Assembly (NCBI GenBank): GCA_963845565.1
Contig: CAWJSJ010000002.1
Span: forward strand, 1,184,001 to 1,248,000
DNA from: an uncultured Methylomirabilota bacterium
GTDB lineage: Bacteria; Methylomirabilota; Methylomirabilia; Methylomirabilales; 2-02-FULL-66-22
DNA: 64,000 nucleotides
Direction of reading: 5' to 3'
Shown: piece after piece, positions 10,304-18,958 of the stretch
Position numbering within the stretch: the first letter of the stretch is position 1
Layout: the number at the start of each line of letters is the position of its first letter
Position numbers and translations under genes: made by a program
The notes under the pieces: generated by a model
Database searches by the model: none
Told to the model about the DNA's origin: nothing
Seen by the model: only the letters and a program-made list of their open reading frames with translations

Positions 10304-11343
10304 CGATTGACCGATTCATCGCCGAGCAGCCGGAGATTCTAGAGGCGATCCTGGCGGAGGTGCCGGGGCAGCTCAGCGTGCTCGGTCCGATCGCCTCCGG
10401 CGGCCCCATCTATCTGGTAGGGTCCGGGACCTCCATGAACGCCCTGGTGGCGGTGGAGGCGCTCTTTGACCGCCTGGTCCCCGCGGGCGCGCGCATCCGC
10501 GGCCCGCTGGCGTTTCTGGCGGAGATGGACCGGGTGCGCAAGCGGAAAGGGCTTGCGATCATCCTGTCCCAGACCGGGAGCAGCACCACAACGGTGGAGG
10601 CGGTCCGGCGCGCCCGGGATCGTGGGATGCGGACGGTGACGCTGACGGCGGTGCGGCACAGCCCCATCGGTCACGTGTCCGACGAGCTGGTCGTCATACC
10701 GGTGGGTCCCGAGCCGGTCGGCCCCAAGACCAAAGGTTACACGGCGAGCCTGCTGACATTGATGCTCCTGGCGCGGTCACTGGCCGGAGAGCGGTTGGAG
10801 CCGAACGGCTTCACGACCGACCTCTCTCAGCTCATTGCCTACGCCCGTGGCGCAGTGGCCGAGCTGGCCGAGACGTGCGAGGGTGCCGACTTCTGCATGG
10901 CCATGGGACAGGATCGGCACTATGCGACCGCCCTGGAGGGATCCCTGAAGCTCTCGGAGATGAGCGGCGTCGCCGCCGCGGCGTTCGATACCGAGGAAGC
11001 CTTCCATGGTCGGTTCCACGGATTAGGGATGTTCAGCGTTGCCCTCTTTGTCGCCGCCACAACCACCCAGCACGAGATGGCTACCACGGGCGCCACGGTC
11101 CTGTCCGACCTCGGCGTCAAGGCTCGGATCCTGAACCTGGCAGAGACCCTACCCGGACCGCACGATCTTCCGCTGCCGTGGCCCGCGACGAACCGGTGCC
11201 CGGAGCTCGACCTCATCAGCGCCATCGTGCCGTTCCAGCTCCTGGCGTGCGAGCTGGCCAAGCGGAAGGGACTGACGCCGGAACGGATGCGGTATCCGGA
11301 TCTGTCCCATCGCCTGCGGATCAAGACCGGGTCGGCGCCATGA
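10300..11343 (+). CDS. SIS-domain sugar-phosphate isomerase/deglycase (GlmS/FrlB-like)
   Basis: GSGTSMNA, SQTGSS, TKGYT, EGSLKLSE, EEAFHG; ATGA overlap with upstream gene. Confidence 0.85.
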   Translation: MTIDRFIAEQPEILEAILAEVPGQLSVLGPIASGGPIYLVGSGTSMNALVAVEALFDRLVPAGARIRGPLAFLAEMDRVRKRKGLAIILSQTGSSTTTVEAVRRARDRGMRTVTLTAVRHSPIGHVSDELVVIPVGPEPVGPKTKGYTASLLTLMLLARSLAGERLEPNGFTTDLSQLIAYARGAVAELAETCEGADFCMAMGQDRHYATALEGSLKLSEMSGVAAAAFDTEEAFHGRFHGLGMFSVALFVAATTTQHEMATTGATVLSDLGVKARILNLAETLPGPHDLPLPWPATNRCPELDLISAIVPFQLLACELAKRKGLTPERMRYPDLSHRLRIKTGSAP

Positions 11344-11563
11344 GCGCCCTGCTCGGCATCGATTTCGGCGGTACTGGGACGCCGTCTCGGCGGCGGATGT
11401 CTTTCGGTTGGCGGCGCAGGACGACCGGGCCACCGAGGCGGCGATGGAGGGGGTTGCCCGGAGCCTCGCGCAGGCCTTCGGCATCATGATCAACCTCTTG
11501 AACCTGGAAGCGTGTATCATCGGCGCCGCCGCGATGGCGGCTGGCCGGATCGGATCATCGTAG
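11340..11563 (+). pseudogene. ROK family sugar kinase remnant with two internal deletions
   Basis: MSALLGIDFGGT joined out of frame to DVFRLAAQDD...LAQAFGIMINLLNLEACIIG, then directly GAAAMAAG...*. Confidence 0.8.
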
Positions 11564-11674
11564 GCGTGGTTGCCGGAGGAGACAAACGAGGCGCCCGTCG
11601 CACCGCAGGCGTGTCGCAGGTCATCGGGTGCGCCGGTGGAACGAGAAAAGCATTACACGAGAGGGGGAGACGCC

Positions 11675-12022
11675 ATGCCGTTCTACGATTTGAAGGAAGT
11701 TCAGGAGCTTCCGCTGGTCAACGGAATCACGATCAAGGCGATCTACGGGAGCAACGTGTCGGTATCATTCCTGGAGTTCCCCGCCTACTCGACGATTCCC
11801 CCGCACGCCCATCCGAATGAGCAAATAGGCATCGTCACCGAAGGGGCGCTGCATTACACCATCAATGGGGAAAGCCGGCTCTGTCCGGCGGGTACGGCGT
11901 TCGTCATCCCGCCGAATGCGGTGCATTCCGCCACCGTGGTGTCGGACCAACCCGCGAAGCTGGTCGACATCTTCGCACCGCCGCGGAACATCATGGAGCC
12001 GTTGAGATTCACTGGTCGATAG
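11675..12022 (+). CDS. cupin domain protein (paralog of 7137-7484)
   Basis: GGGGAG RBS; HAHPNEQ, IPPNAVH, DIFAPPR. Confidence 0.88.
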   Translation: MPFYDLKEVQELPLVNGITIKAIYGSNVSVSFLEFPAYSTIPPHAHPNEQIGIVTEGALHYTINGESRLCPAGTAFVIPPNAVHSATVVSDQPAKLVDIFAPPRNIMEPLRFTGR

Positions 12023-12137
12023 CGCCTCCCTTCGACCAGGAGACGCAACGTTTGCCTGGCAAGCCACCATTCCGTGTATGGTTCTTGTGATTCAATAATT
12101 GCTCGGCTATCTGCGACCGGCGGCTGGAACGGGTGGA

Positions 12138-12178
12138 AACACAACACCCGGCTCTGTGCGAGAGCCGGGTGTTGTGTT
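12138..12178. terminator. perfect 18-bp hairpin between convergent genes
   Basis: AACACAACACCCGGCTCT-gtgcg-AGAGCCGGGTGTTGTGTT. Confidence 0.65.
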
Positions 12179-12215
12179 CTGCGGCAGACCGCACGTCCGA
12201 ATCGGCCTCGGGTTA

Positions 12216-13040
12216 TTATCGTTCGCCCGTCTTTCGAGTCAGGTGCGGCCCGAGGCACTGCATCGCCACTTCCACGTCCGCGATGAAGCTCGTTCGCACG
12301 TTGCCCTCGATGGCCAGTTTGCCCTGGTAGCCCACCTCGTCAAGCATCCCGATGATCGCGCCGAAGTCAAGGGCCCCGAAGCCGGGGAAATGCCGGTTGT
12401 TATCCGAGAGGTGGAAGGAGCCAAAGCACGCCTGGTGTGCAGAGATCGCCTGCCTCATATTCGACTCTTCGATGTTCATGTGGAACGTGTCCGGGAGGAT
12501 CCAAACGAACGGACTACCTGCGCGGCGGGCGATGTCCCAGGTGTCGGCCAGGCTGTGGCCGACCGGCGACTCGTAGCGGTTCACCGCCTCGATGAGCAGG
12601 GGAGTCTTGAGCCGGTCGGCGATCGGCGCCAACTCTACCACGGATGCGGCCAAGCGTTCCCGCGCCCCAGGCCCGCTGTCCTGAGGAGCGCCCTTGAGGT
12701 ACCCGGCGATCACCCCTGCGCCGAACTCGTGTGCGAATTCCAGGAAGCGTATGGTGCGACCGATCGCCTCCTTGCGGCGCGCCTCATCCGACGTCGCCAG
12801 CGAGAGGTTAAAGGTCTTGGCGGTGAGACCGGAGGCAAACATCGAGAGAACCAGGCCGAACTCGGCCAGGTAGGCCTTGAGCCGACGGGGCTCCACAGTG
12901 TCCGGATCGGAGATGTTCAACTCCACGCCGTCGAACCCTAGCCGTCGAAGCGTCTCGAGGTTCCGGCGAAACTCTGCATCCGCCAGGTAATCCTCCGGCA
13001 GCCGCGTCTGGATGGCTAAGAAGTACCGATAGTGTCCCAT
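12216..13040 (-). CDS. iolO: sugar phosphate isomerase/epimerase, IolO-like (5-keto-L-gluconate epimerase)
   Basis: xylose-isomerase-like TIM barrel motifs EAVNRYE, DTFHMNIEE, HLSDNNRHFPG; directly downstream of iolN. Confidence 0.65.
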   Translation of the reverse strand: MGHYRYFLAIQTRLPEDYLADAEFRRNLETLRRLGFDGVELNISDPDTVEPRRLKAYLAEFGLVLSMFASGLTAKTFNLSLATSDEARRKEAIGRTIRFLEFAHEFGAGVIAGYLKGAPQDSGPGARERLAASVVELAPIADRLKTPLLIEAVNRYESPVGHSLADTWDIARRAGSPFVWILPDTFHMNIEESNMRQAISAHQACFGSFHLSDNNRHFPGFGALDFGAIIGMLDEVGYQGKLAIEGNVRTSFIADVEVAMQCLGPHLTRKTGER

Positions 13041-13054
13041 CGCGCCTCCGGCCA

Positions 13055-13118
13055 AGCGCTCAGCGCTCAGCGGTCAGCCAAGATCAAGAACATAGCGCAT
13101 GAAACCGAAAACGGAAGA
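13055..13118. repeat. short tandem repeat patch (AGCGCTC x2, AGCGGTC; GAAACC-like hexamers)
   Basis: direct reading of the iolN-iolO spacer. Confidence 0.55.
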
Positions 13119-13175
13119 GGGGCAGAGAGCCGCATGCCCTAGTGCTCCCCCTCATCCGTGCTCCATTGCGGTTCT

Positions 13176-14144
13176 TCAGAACGGCCAGTGCAGACTGTAA
13201 ATGCTCCGGCCGCCGGGGGCGAAGGGGCCCTTGAGGACCGCCTCGATCTCTTCCTTGGGCCGCATGGTCACCTCTTCGATGGGCGGCAGCTTCCCCGGTG
13301 GGAAGGTCCTCTTGATGTCGTCGTGAAGCTTCACCATGTAGTCCAGGAGGGCGCGGACCCCCGGATAGGCCTTCTCGGCGGTCGCCTTGCTGGCTTTGCC
13401 CACCACGCCGGGCTGATAAGCGGCGATCTCCATGGGGCCGCAGCCCACTTGTCCGTACCAGGCGATGGCCCGGTGGAGGAGGTTGCCCGCCTTGTCGATG
13501 TGGCCATCCGGCAGGTAGCCGCGGGGCTCGGTGTCCACCACGTCTTCCATGTGCATGAACTCGGGGAAGAGGGCGAGCGACCAGGAGGTCTCCACCTCGT
13601 CCGCATGGATGAAGGGCGTATCCCACGGGCCGCCGTCTTTGGTGGTCTTGAAGTGCTCCTGGATGGCATGGTACCAGTTCAGGTTGATGAAGATCCCGGG
13701 TACCTGAAACGTCTTGGCGAACTGGTGGATGGCGGTCGGGATCACATATTCCTGGCCGTGACCGTTGAGCAGGATCTGTTTCCGGAAGCCCATGTTCCAG
13801 AGGCCGACCATGATCGCCTTGAGCTGGCCGATGAAGATCTCCTCGGGCACGATGATCGTCCCAGGCATCCCCATGTGGTGGTAGGGGTGCGAGCCGTACC
13901 AGACGGGCTGGGCCACCGTGCAGCCCACTTTCTTTGCCACGGCCTCGGCCATCCGGGTCACCAGGAAGGTGTCCTCGCCGATGCAAGCGTGGGGCCCATG
14001 AGCCTCGGTGGACCCGATCGGTACGATGATGATGTCGTTCTGCTTCAGGCGCGCGTCGATCTGCTTCCAGGTCATGTTCTGCAGATAGATCTGGTCGGCA
14101 GACTCCATGTGGCCGCCTTTCGGGGGCAACGTCCACTCACTCAC
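13176..14144 (-). CDS. iolN: 3-dehydro-scyllo-inosose hydrolase (creatininase family)
   Basis: AAGGAGG + GTG; GSTEAHG, GEDTFLVTRMAE, HPYHHMGMPGT, NGHGQE, PFIHADEVETSWSLALFPEFM match remembered Thermotoga IolN. Confidence 0.88.
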   Translation of the reverse strand: MSEWTLPPKGGHMESADQIYLQNMTWKQIDARLKQNDIIIVPIGSTEAHGPHACIGEDTFLVTRMAEAVAKKVGCTVAQPVWYGSHPYHHMGMPGTIIVPEEIFIGQLKAIMVGLWNMGFRKQILLNGHGQEYVIPTAIHQFAKTFQVPGIFINLNWYHAIQEHFKTTKDGGPWDTPFIHADEVETSWSLALFPEFMHMEDVVDTEPRGYLPDGHIDKAGNLLHRAIAWYGQVGCGPMEIAAYQPGVVGKASKATAEKAYPGVRALLDYMVKLHDDIKRTFPPGKLPPIEEVTMRPKEEIEAVLKGPFAPGGRSIYSLHWPF

Positions 14145-14161
14145 GGTAGACCTCCTTATAA

Positions 14162-14319
14162 GGACAGGGACAACGACAGGGGCAGGGATTGAGAATTCCG
14201 GCGCCCGGCGCCTGCCCTCTCCTTGTGCTTTTTGTGGCTCCTCGGCTCTTGGCTCTACGCTCTCGACACCAGGCTCTCGGCACTCAATCCATCTTGATCC
14301 CGAACTTCTTGAACTTCTC
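14162..14319. repeat. mosaic of degenerate 6-, 9- and 7-bp tandem repeats
   Basis: GGACAG/GGACAA/CGACAG/GGGCAG; TTGTGCTTT/TTGTGGCTC; CTCGGCT/CTTGGCT/CTACGCT/CTCGACA/CCAGGCT/CTCGGCA; GAACTTCTT/GAACTTCTC. Confidence 0.7.
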
Positions 14320-14343
14320 CTTTCGCATGCTCCTGAGGCAGGA

Positions 14344-15465
14344 CTACCGTGGCCCCACCAGCGGCAACCCATACACCGACTTCCAGCCGGGGCTCATGGG
14401 CTCCTGGAGGTACGGGGCCAGCTCCTCGGGGATCGCGCAGCGTCGTCTTCTCGATGGGCGGGAGCTTGCCCGGCGGGGAAGGCGGCCAGGATCTCGTCCT
14501 GGACCAGGGTCAGGTAGCGCAGGATGGCCACCAGGGGCCGCTTGGCCTTCTGGGCGGTCGGCATGGGTGGCCTTGCCGACCACGCCCTTCCGGGGTGCCC
14601 TTGATCTCGATGGCGAAGTGGCCCTCGCCCTCGCTCCAGCGGTGGGGCCGGGTGTACATGTCCACCGAGGTGTCGAAGTGGCCGCCGGGCAGGAACTGGA
14701 CCGACTCGGTGTCCACGGCCTAGGTCATGTCCACCATCTCGGGGAAGAGGTAGCAGCGAGAGCGAGGTCTCCGACTCGTCGGCGTGGATGAAGGGGGTGT
14801 CGTACTCGCCGCCCTTCTCCTTGGTGCGGAAGAACTCGCGCACCGCCCGGTGCCAGTCCATCACCCGGAAGATGCCCGGGAGCTGGTAGCGCTTGCAGAA
14901 CTCCTGCAGGGCCGACTCCAGCATCCAGAGGTGGCCGTGGTTGTTGACGATAGATCTGCTTGCGGAAGCCGTCGTTCCACAGCCCCAGCATCACGTCGAT
15001 CAGCAGCTCCCGCACCACTTCTTCCCGCAGGATGACGGTGCCGGGCATGCCCAGGTGGTGGTAGGGGTGGCCGCCGTAGTTGAAGGGCGGCAGCGCCAGG
15101 TTGATCGGGGCGCCGCGCTTGGCCGTGTAGCGGCGCACGCCCTCGCAGATCATGCTGACGTACAGGGTGTCCGCCGCGCTCACCATGTGCTGGCCGTGGT
15201 TCTCGGTGCAGCCCACCGGGATCAGGACGATGTCGTTCTTGCGCCGGTTGGCCTCCACCTGGTGGCGGACGGTGGTCTGGATGTAGGAGCCGGGCTTGGC
15301 CCACTCGCAGCCGGCGGCGGGGAAGCCGTACTCGGCGAGCCAGGCGTCGATCTGGGCGTCGCTGGCCTCCCAGATCTCCTTCTTCATGCGCCCGACGGCG
15401 TTGTCTTCGAAGAACAGGTCGGGCTGCTTGGTGGCGAGGAGCCCTTGGGGGGTTGGGATGCTCAT
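14344..15465 (-). CDS. second IolN-like creatininase-family hydrolase, broken by several frameshifts
   Basis: GCTENHG, HPYHHLGMPGT, GLWNDGFRKQI, PFIHADESETS and the C-terminus EPMSPGWKSVY are spread over four ORF-track entries. Confidence 0.8.
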
Positions 15466-15518
15466 GGGATCTCTCCTTCTTCCGTACGATCTATTATCGA
15501 GCCCTCCGGATCGGCAGA

Positions 15519-16690
15519 CTAGCGCGGCTTCACCAGGATCTTGCCGTCGCTGCGGCTGCCGGACTGCTTGATCGCCTCCACCACGGTGTCGAGGCTGAAG
15601 CGGGCGGTGATGATCTTCCGGTTGTCGACGGCGCCGCTGGCCATCAGGCGGATGACGTTGGGGAAGATCTCGTCGCCGGAGTGGCCCTGGGAGCCGAAGA
15701 ACTGCGCGTGGCGGACCTGGAACTGATCCAGATAGACGGGGACCCGATCCGCGGCGCGGCCGACCTGGGCGATCTTGCCGTTGACCGCCATCGAGCGCTC
15801 CATCTCGGGGAAGGTCAGGGTCGGGACCCCCGCCGCCTCGAGGTGGAAGTTCGCCCCGTCGCCGTGCGTGAGCTCCATCACCACGTCCGACGGCCGCGTC
15901 TTCTGCTTGGTGAGGGCGACGGGTCATAGACGTAGTCGGCGCCCATGGCGGTGCAGAGCGCGCGCCGTTCGGGCACGGTCTCGAAGGCGATCAGCTTGGC
16001 GGCGCCCGCCGCCTTGATCATGGCGATGGCGGAGAGGCCGATGCAGCCCCCGCCGTACACCACGGCGTAGGCGCCCGGCTTGAAGCCGCCGCCCCGGATG
16101 AAGACGGCGTTGTAGGCGACGCAGGTCGGCTCCACGGTGGCGCCCAGCTCGTACACGATGTCGGGGTCGGGATACCGCTCCAAGAGGGTATCGAGCTTCC
16201 AGCAGTACTTGCTGCCGATGGCGAGATACTCGGCGAAGGCGCCGTCGATGGTGAAGCCGATCTCTTCGAGGCGTTCGCACTGGTTCGGATAGCCGTTCCG
16301 GCAGGGGGTGCACTCGCCGCACCAGATCATCTCCTCGGCGGTCACCATGTCGCCCACCTTCAGGTCGCGGACCTCGTTACCCACCTCCTGCACGACGCCG
16401 GAGAACTCGTGGCCGGTGGCGCAGGGGAGCTTCATCAGGCCGGGGTACATCACGTAGCCCTGGGCGTCGGTCTCGTACATGTGGATGTCCGAGCCGCACA
16501 CGCCGCAGGCCTTCACCTTGAGGAGGACCTCCTTGGGGCCGATCTTGGGGACCGGCACCTCGCGCACGGCCAAGGTCGGCGCCTTGTAGACGCTGTTGCC
16601 CGTGACGGCCTTGCCCGTCTGCTTCTCGAACTCGCTGACCACGTAGCCGGCCTTCGGCTCCCACTTCGCATCCAGTACCAACGCCTTCAT
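15519..16690 (-). CDS. iolM: scyllo-inosose 3-dehydrogenase (Zn-dependent MDR), frameshifted near 15885-15925
   Basis: MKALVLDAKWEPK, CGVCGSD, GHE, EEMIWCGECTPCRNGYPNQC, GSQGHSG; adjacent to iolN. Confidence 0.85.
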
Positions 16691-16818
16691 GATGTTCCTC
16701 CTTCCCGCCCTCGGGGGCGGACGCATGACCCGGGGAGATCGATCCTACCCCCTACTTTCCTCGCCAGGGGCGATTGCTGTCAAGGGGGGAGTGGCAGCGC
16801 GCGAACTTTGTGTTCTTT

Positions 16819-16838
16819 GCGTAACGTTAACGCTAACA
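16819..16838. promoter_or_regulatory. LacI-family operator-like palindrome(s)
   Basis: GCGTAACGTTAACGCTAACA (reverse TGTTAGCGTTAACG) in the divergent iolM / iolE-like gap. Confidence 0.55.
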
Positions 16839-17025
16839 GTAAGAGACCCATGAGTGCTTTCCGTCGTGAGGGCACGGGCAGGGAGGTCTTGCGCCGCGCC
16901 GCTACTTCGGCTACCCTGTACCACTCATGACCAGCCCGCCGAGGCGGGCTGGGCGGTCTCTGACAACCGAGCGCACGGGCTGTTGCGCGGACCGCCGGGG
17001 GACAACGCGTGGGGGAGGGGAACGC

Positions 17026-17907
17026 ATGATACGGGTGGCCACGGCGCCGATGAACTGGAACAGTGATGACTTGCCGGACCTTCGGCCGCCGGTCCCGATC
17101 GAGCAGGTGCTAGCGGAGATGGTCGACGCAGGCTATGAAGGGACGGAGTACGGAGCGGGGTTGCCGGCCGACCCAACCGCGCTCACGGCGCTGCTCGCGA
17201 GATATGGGTTGGCCTTGGCGTCGAACTTCTGCTGGATCTCCCTGGAGGACCGCGGCGCCCACGAACGGGAGATCGCCCAGGCGCTGGCGGTTGCCCGGAC
17301 CCTGTCGGCCATGCGGGTGCAGGAGCTGATTCTGGGCCTGCGGGGCAGTCCCGAGCGCATCGCCCTCGCCGGGCGGGTTCCCACCGACGGAAGCGCCGGC
17401 CTTTCGGAGTCACAGTGGCGGACCCTGGCGGACGGCATCCACGCCTTGGCCGCGGCATGCGAACCGCTCGGCGTGCGGCTAGCGGTCCATCCGCATGCGG
17501 GGTCGTACGTGGAAACCCGGGAAGAGCTGGACAGGCTGCTCCATGGTACCAACCCCCGGGCCCTCGGCCTGTGCGTGGATGCCGGGCACCTGGTGTACGG
17601 CGGGGCCGATCCGGTGGAGGTCGTGAAGACGTTCGGCTCGCGCGTCCGGTACGTACACATCAAGGACGTGAATCCCGGCGTCCTCGCCGAGTGTCAGGCG
17701 AAGGGGATCGGCTTCCTGGACGCGCTGCAGCGGTACATCTTCTGTGGACTCGGCAAGGGGAGTGTGGATTTGGCCGGGTTCGTGGAAGGGCTGCGGCAGG
17801 CGGCGTTCGCCGGCTGGATGGTCATCGAAGAGGACACGTCGCCTGATCCGCCGTTGACGGCCGCCCGGCGCAATCGGCGCTATCTTCAGGAAATTTTCGG
17901 GATTTGA
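17026..17907 (+). CDS. IolE-like (myo-inosose-2 dehydratase family) TIM-barrel protein
   Basis: ATAPMNWNSDD, GYEGTE, HPHAGSYVET, DAGHL, VHIKDV, WMVIEED. Confidence 0.75.
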   Translation: MIRVATAPMNWNSDDLPDLRPPVPIEQVLAEMVDAGYEGTEYGAGLPADPTALTALLARYGLALASNFCWISLEDRGAHEREIAQALAVARTLSAMRVQELILGLRGSPERIALAGRVPTDGSAGLSESQWRTLADGIHALAAACEPLGVRLAVHPHAGSYVETREELDRLLHGTNPRALGLCVDAGHLVYGGADPVEVVKTFGSRVRYVHIKDVNPGVLAECQAKGIGFLDALQRYIFCGLGKGSVDLAGFVEGLRQAAFAGWMVIEEDTSPDPPLTAARRNRRYLQEIFGI

Positions 17908-18009
17908 CCGGTGGAATGAACACCGTTGAACCGGCAATGACCACAGAGGGAGTGCGTCGCCGTCCCTCTCGCCGGTCGTTTCTGCCATCTTCCACGGAAG
18001 GAGGTTCGC

Positions 18010-18870
18010 ATGCCCATTGATTCGGCCCTGAAACGGGAACTGCAAGAAAAGGCGGTCCAGGTACGGAAGCTCATCCTGGAAGCGGTCCACACCGCGGGGG
18101 CGGGCCACATCGGGGGTCCCCTGTCCATGGTCGAGACCGCCGTGGCCCTGTACTTCAAGATGCTGCGCGTGGATCCCAAGAACCCGCAGTGGCCGGACCG
18201 GGATCGGTTCGTCCTCTCCAAGGGCCACTCCAGCATCGCCCTGTACGCCACGCTTGCCCTCAGGGGGTATTTCCCCGTGGAAGAGGTCTTTACGTTCGAC
18301 GCCATCAACTCGCGCATGCAGGGCCACCCGGACATGACCAAGACCCCGGGGATCGACATGGCCTCCGGTTCGCTGGGGACCGGCGCCAGCCCGCCGCTGG
18401 GGATGGCCCTGGCCGCCAAGCGCCTGAAGAAGAATTTCCACACGTGGGTGCTCCTGGGTGACGGCGAGATCCAGGAGGGGCAGGTCTGGGAGATGGCGTG
18501 GGCGGCCAGCTACTACAAGGTGGACAATCTCACCGCCATCGTGGACTACAACAAGGTCCAGCAATTCGGCTTCCCCAAGGACGGGAACCTCAAGCACCGG
18601 ATCAATCCGCTGACTCAGGTGCCGGAGAAGTGGCGCGCGTTCGGCTGGAACGTGCTGGACGTGGACGGGCACGACTTCGACGTCTTGGTCCCGGCGATGG
18701 AGGAGGCCAAAGCCACCCGCGGGCGGCCCACTTGCATCATCGCGAACACCATCAAAGGGAAAGGGGTCTCCTTCATGGAAGGAGACTACAACTGGCACGC
18801 CAAGGTGCCGAACAAAGACGAACTGGCCAAGGCCCTTGCCGAACTGGAGGCGCAGCGGCCGCGCGCCTGA
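18010..18870 (+). CDS. transketolase, N-terminal (TPP-binding) subunit
   Basis: GHIGGPLS, DRFVLSKGH, GDGEIQEG, TIKGKGVSFME, WH. Confidence 0.92.
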   Translation: MPIDSALKRELQEKAVQVRKLILEAVHTAGAGHIGGPLSMVETAVALYFKMLRVDPKNPQWPDRDRFVLSKGHSSIALYATLALRGYFPVEEVFTFDAINSRMQGHPDMTKTPGIDMASGSLGTGASPPLGMALAAKRLKKNFHTWVLLGDGEIQEGQVWEMAWAASYYKVDNLTAIVDYNKVQQFGFPKDGNLKHRINPLTQVPEKWRAFGWNVLDVDGHDFDVLVPAMEEAKATRGRPTCIIANTIKGKGVSFMEGDYNWHAKVPNKDELAKALAELEAQRPRA

Positions 18871-18958
18871 TGGGTTTCCGATCATCGCGGGAATGGTTCC
18901 GTGATCACGACCTGTCGCGAGCGCAGCGCCCGCCCCTCTGGGCATACGGAGGATCCTG

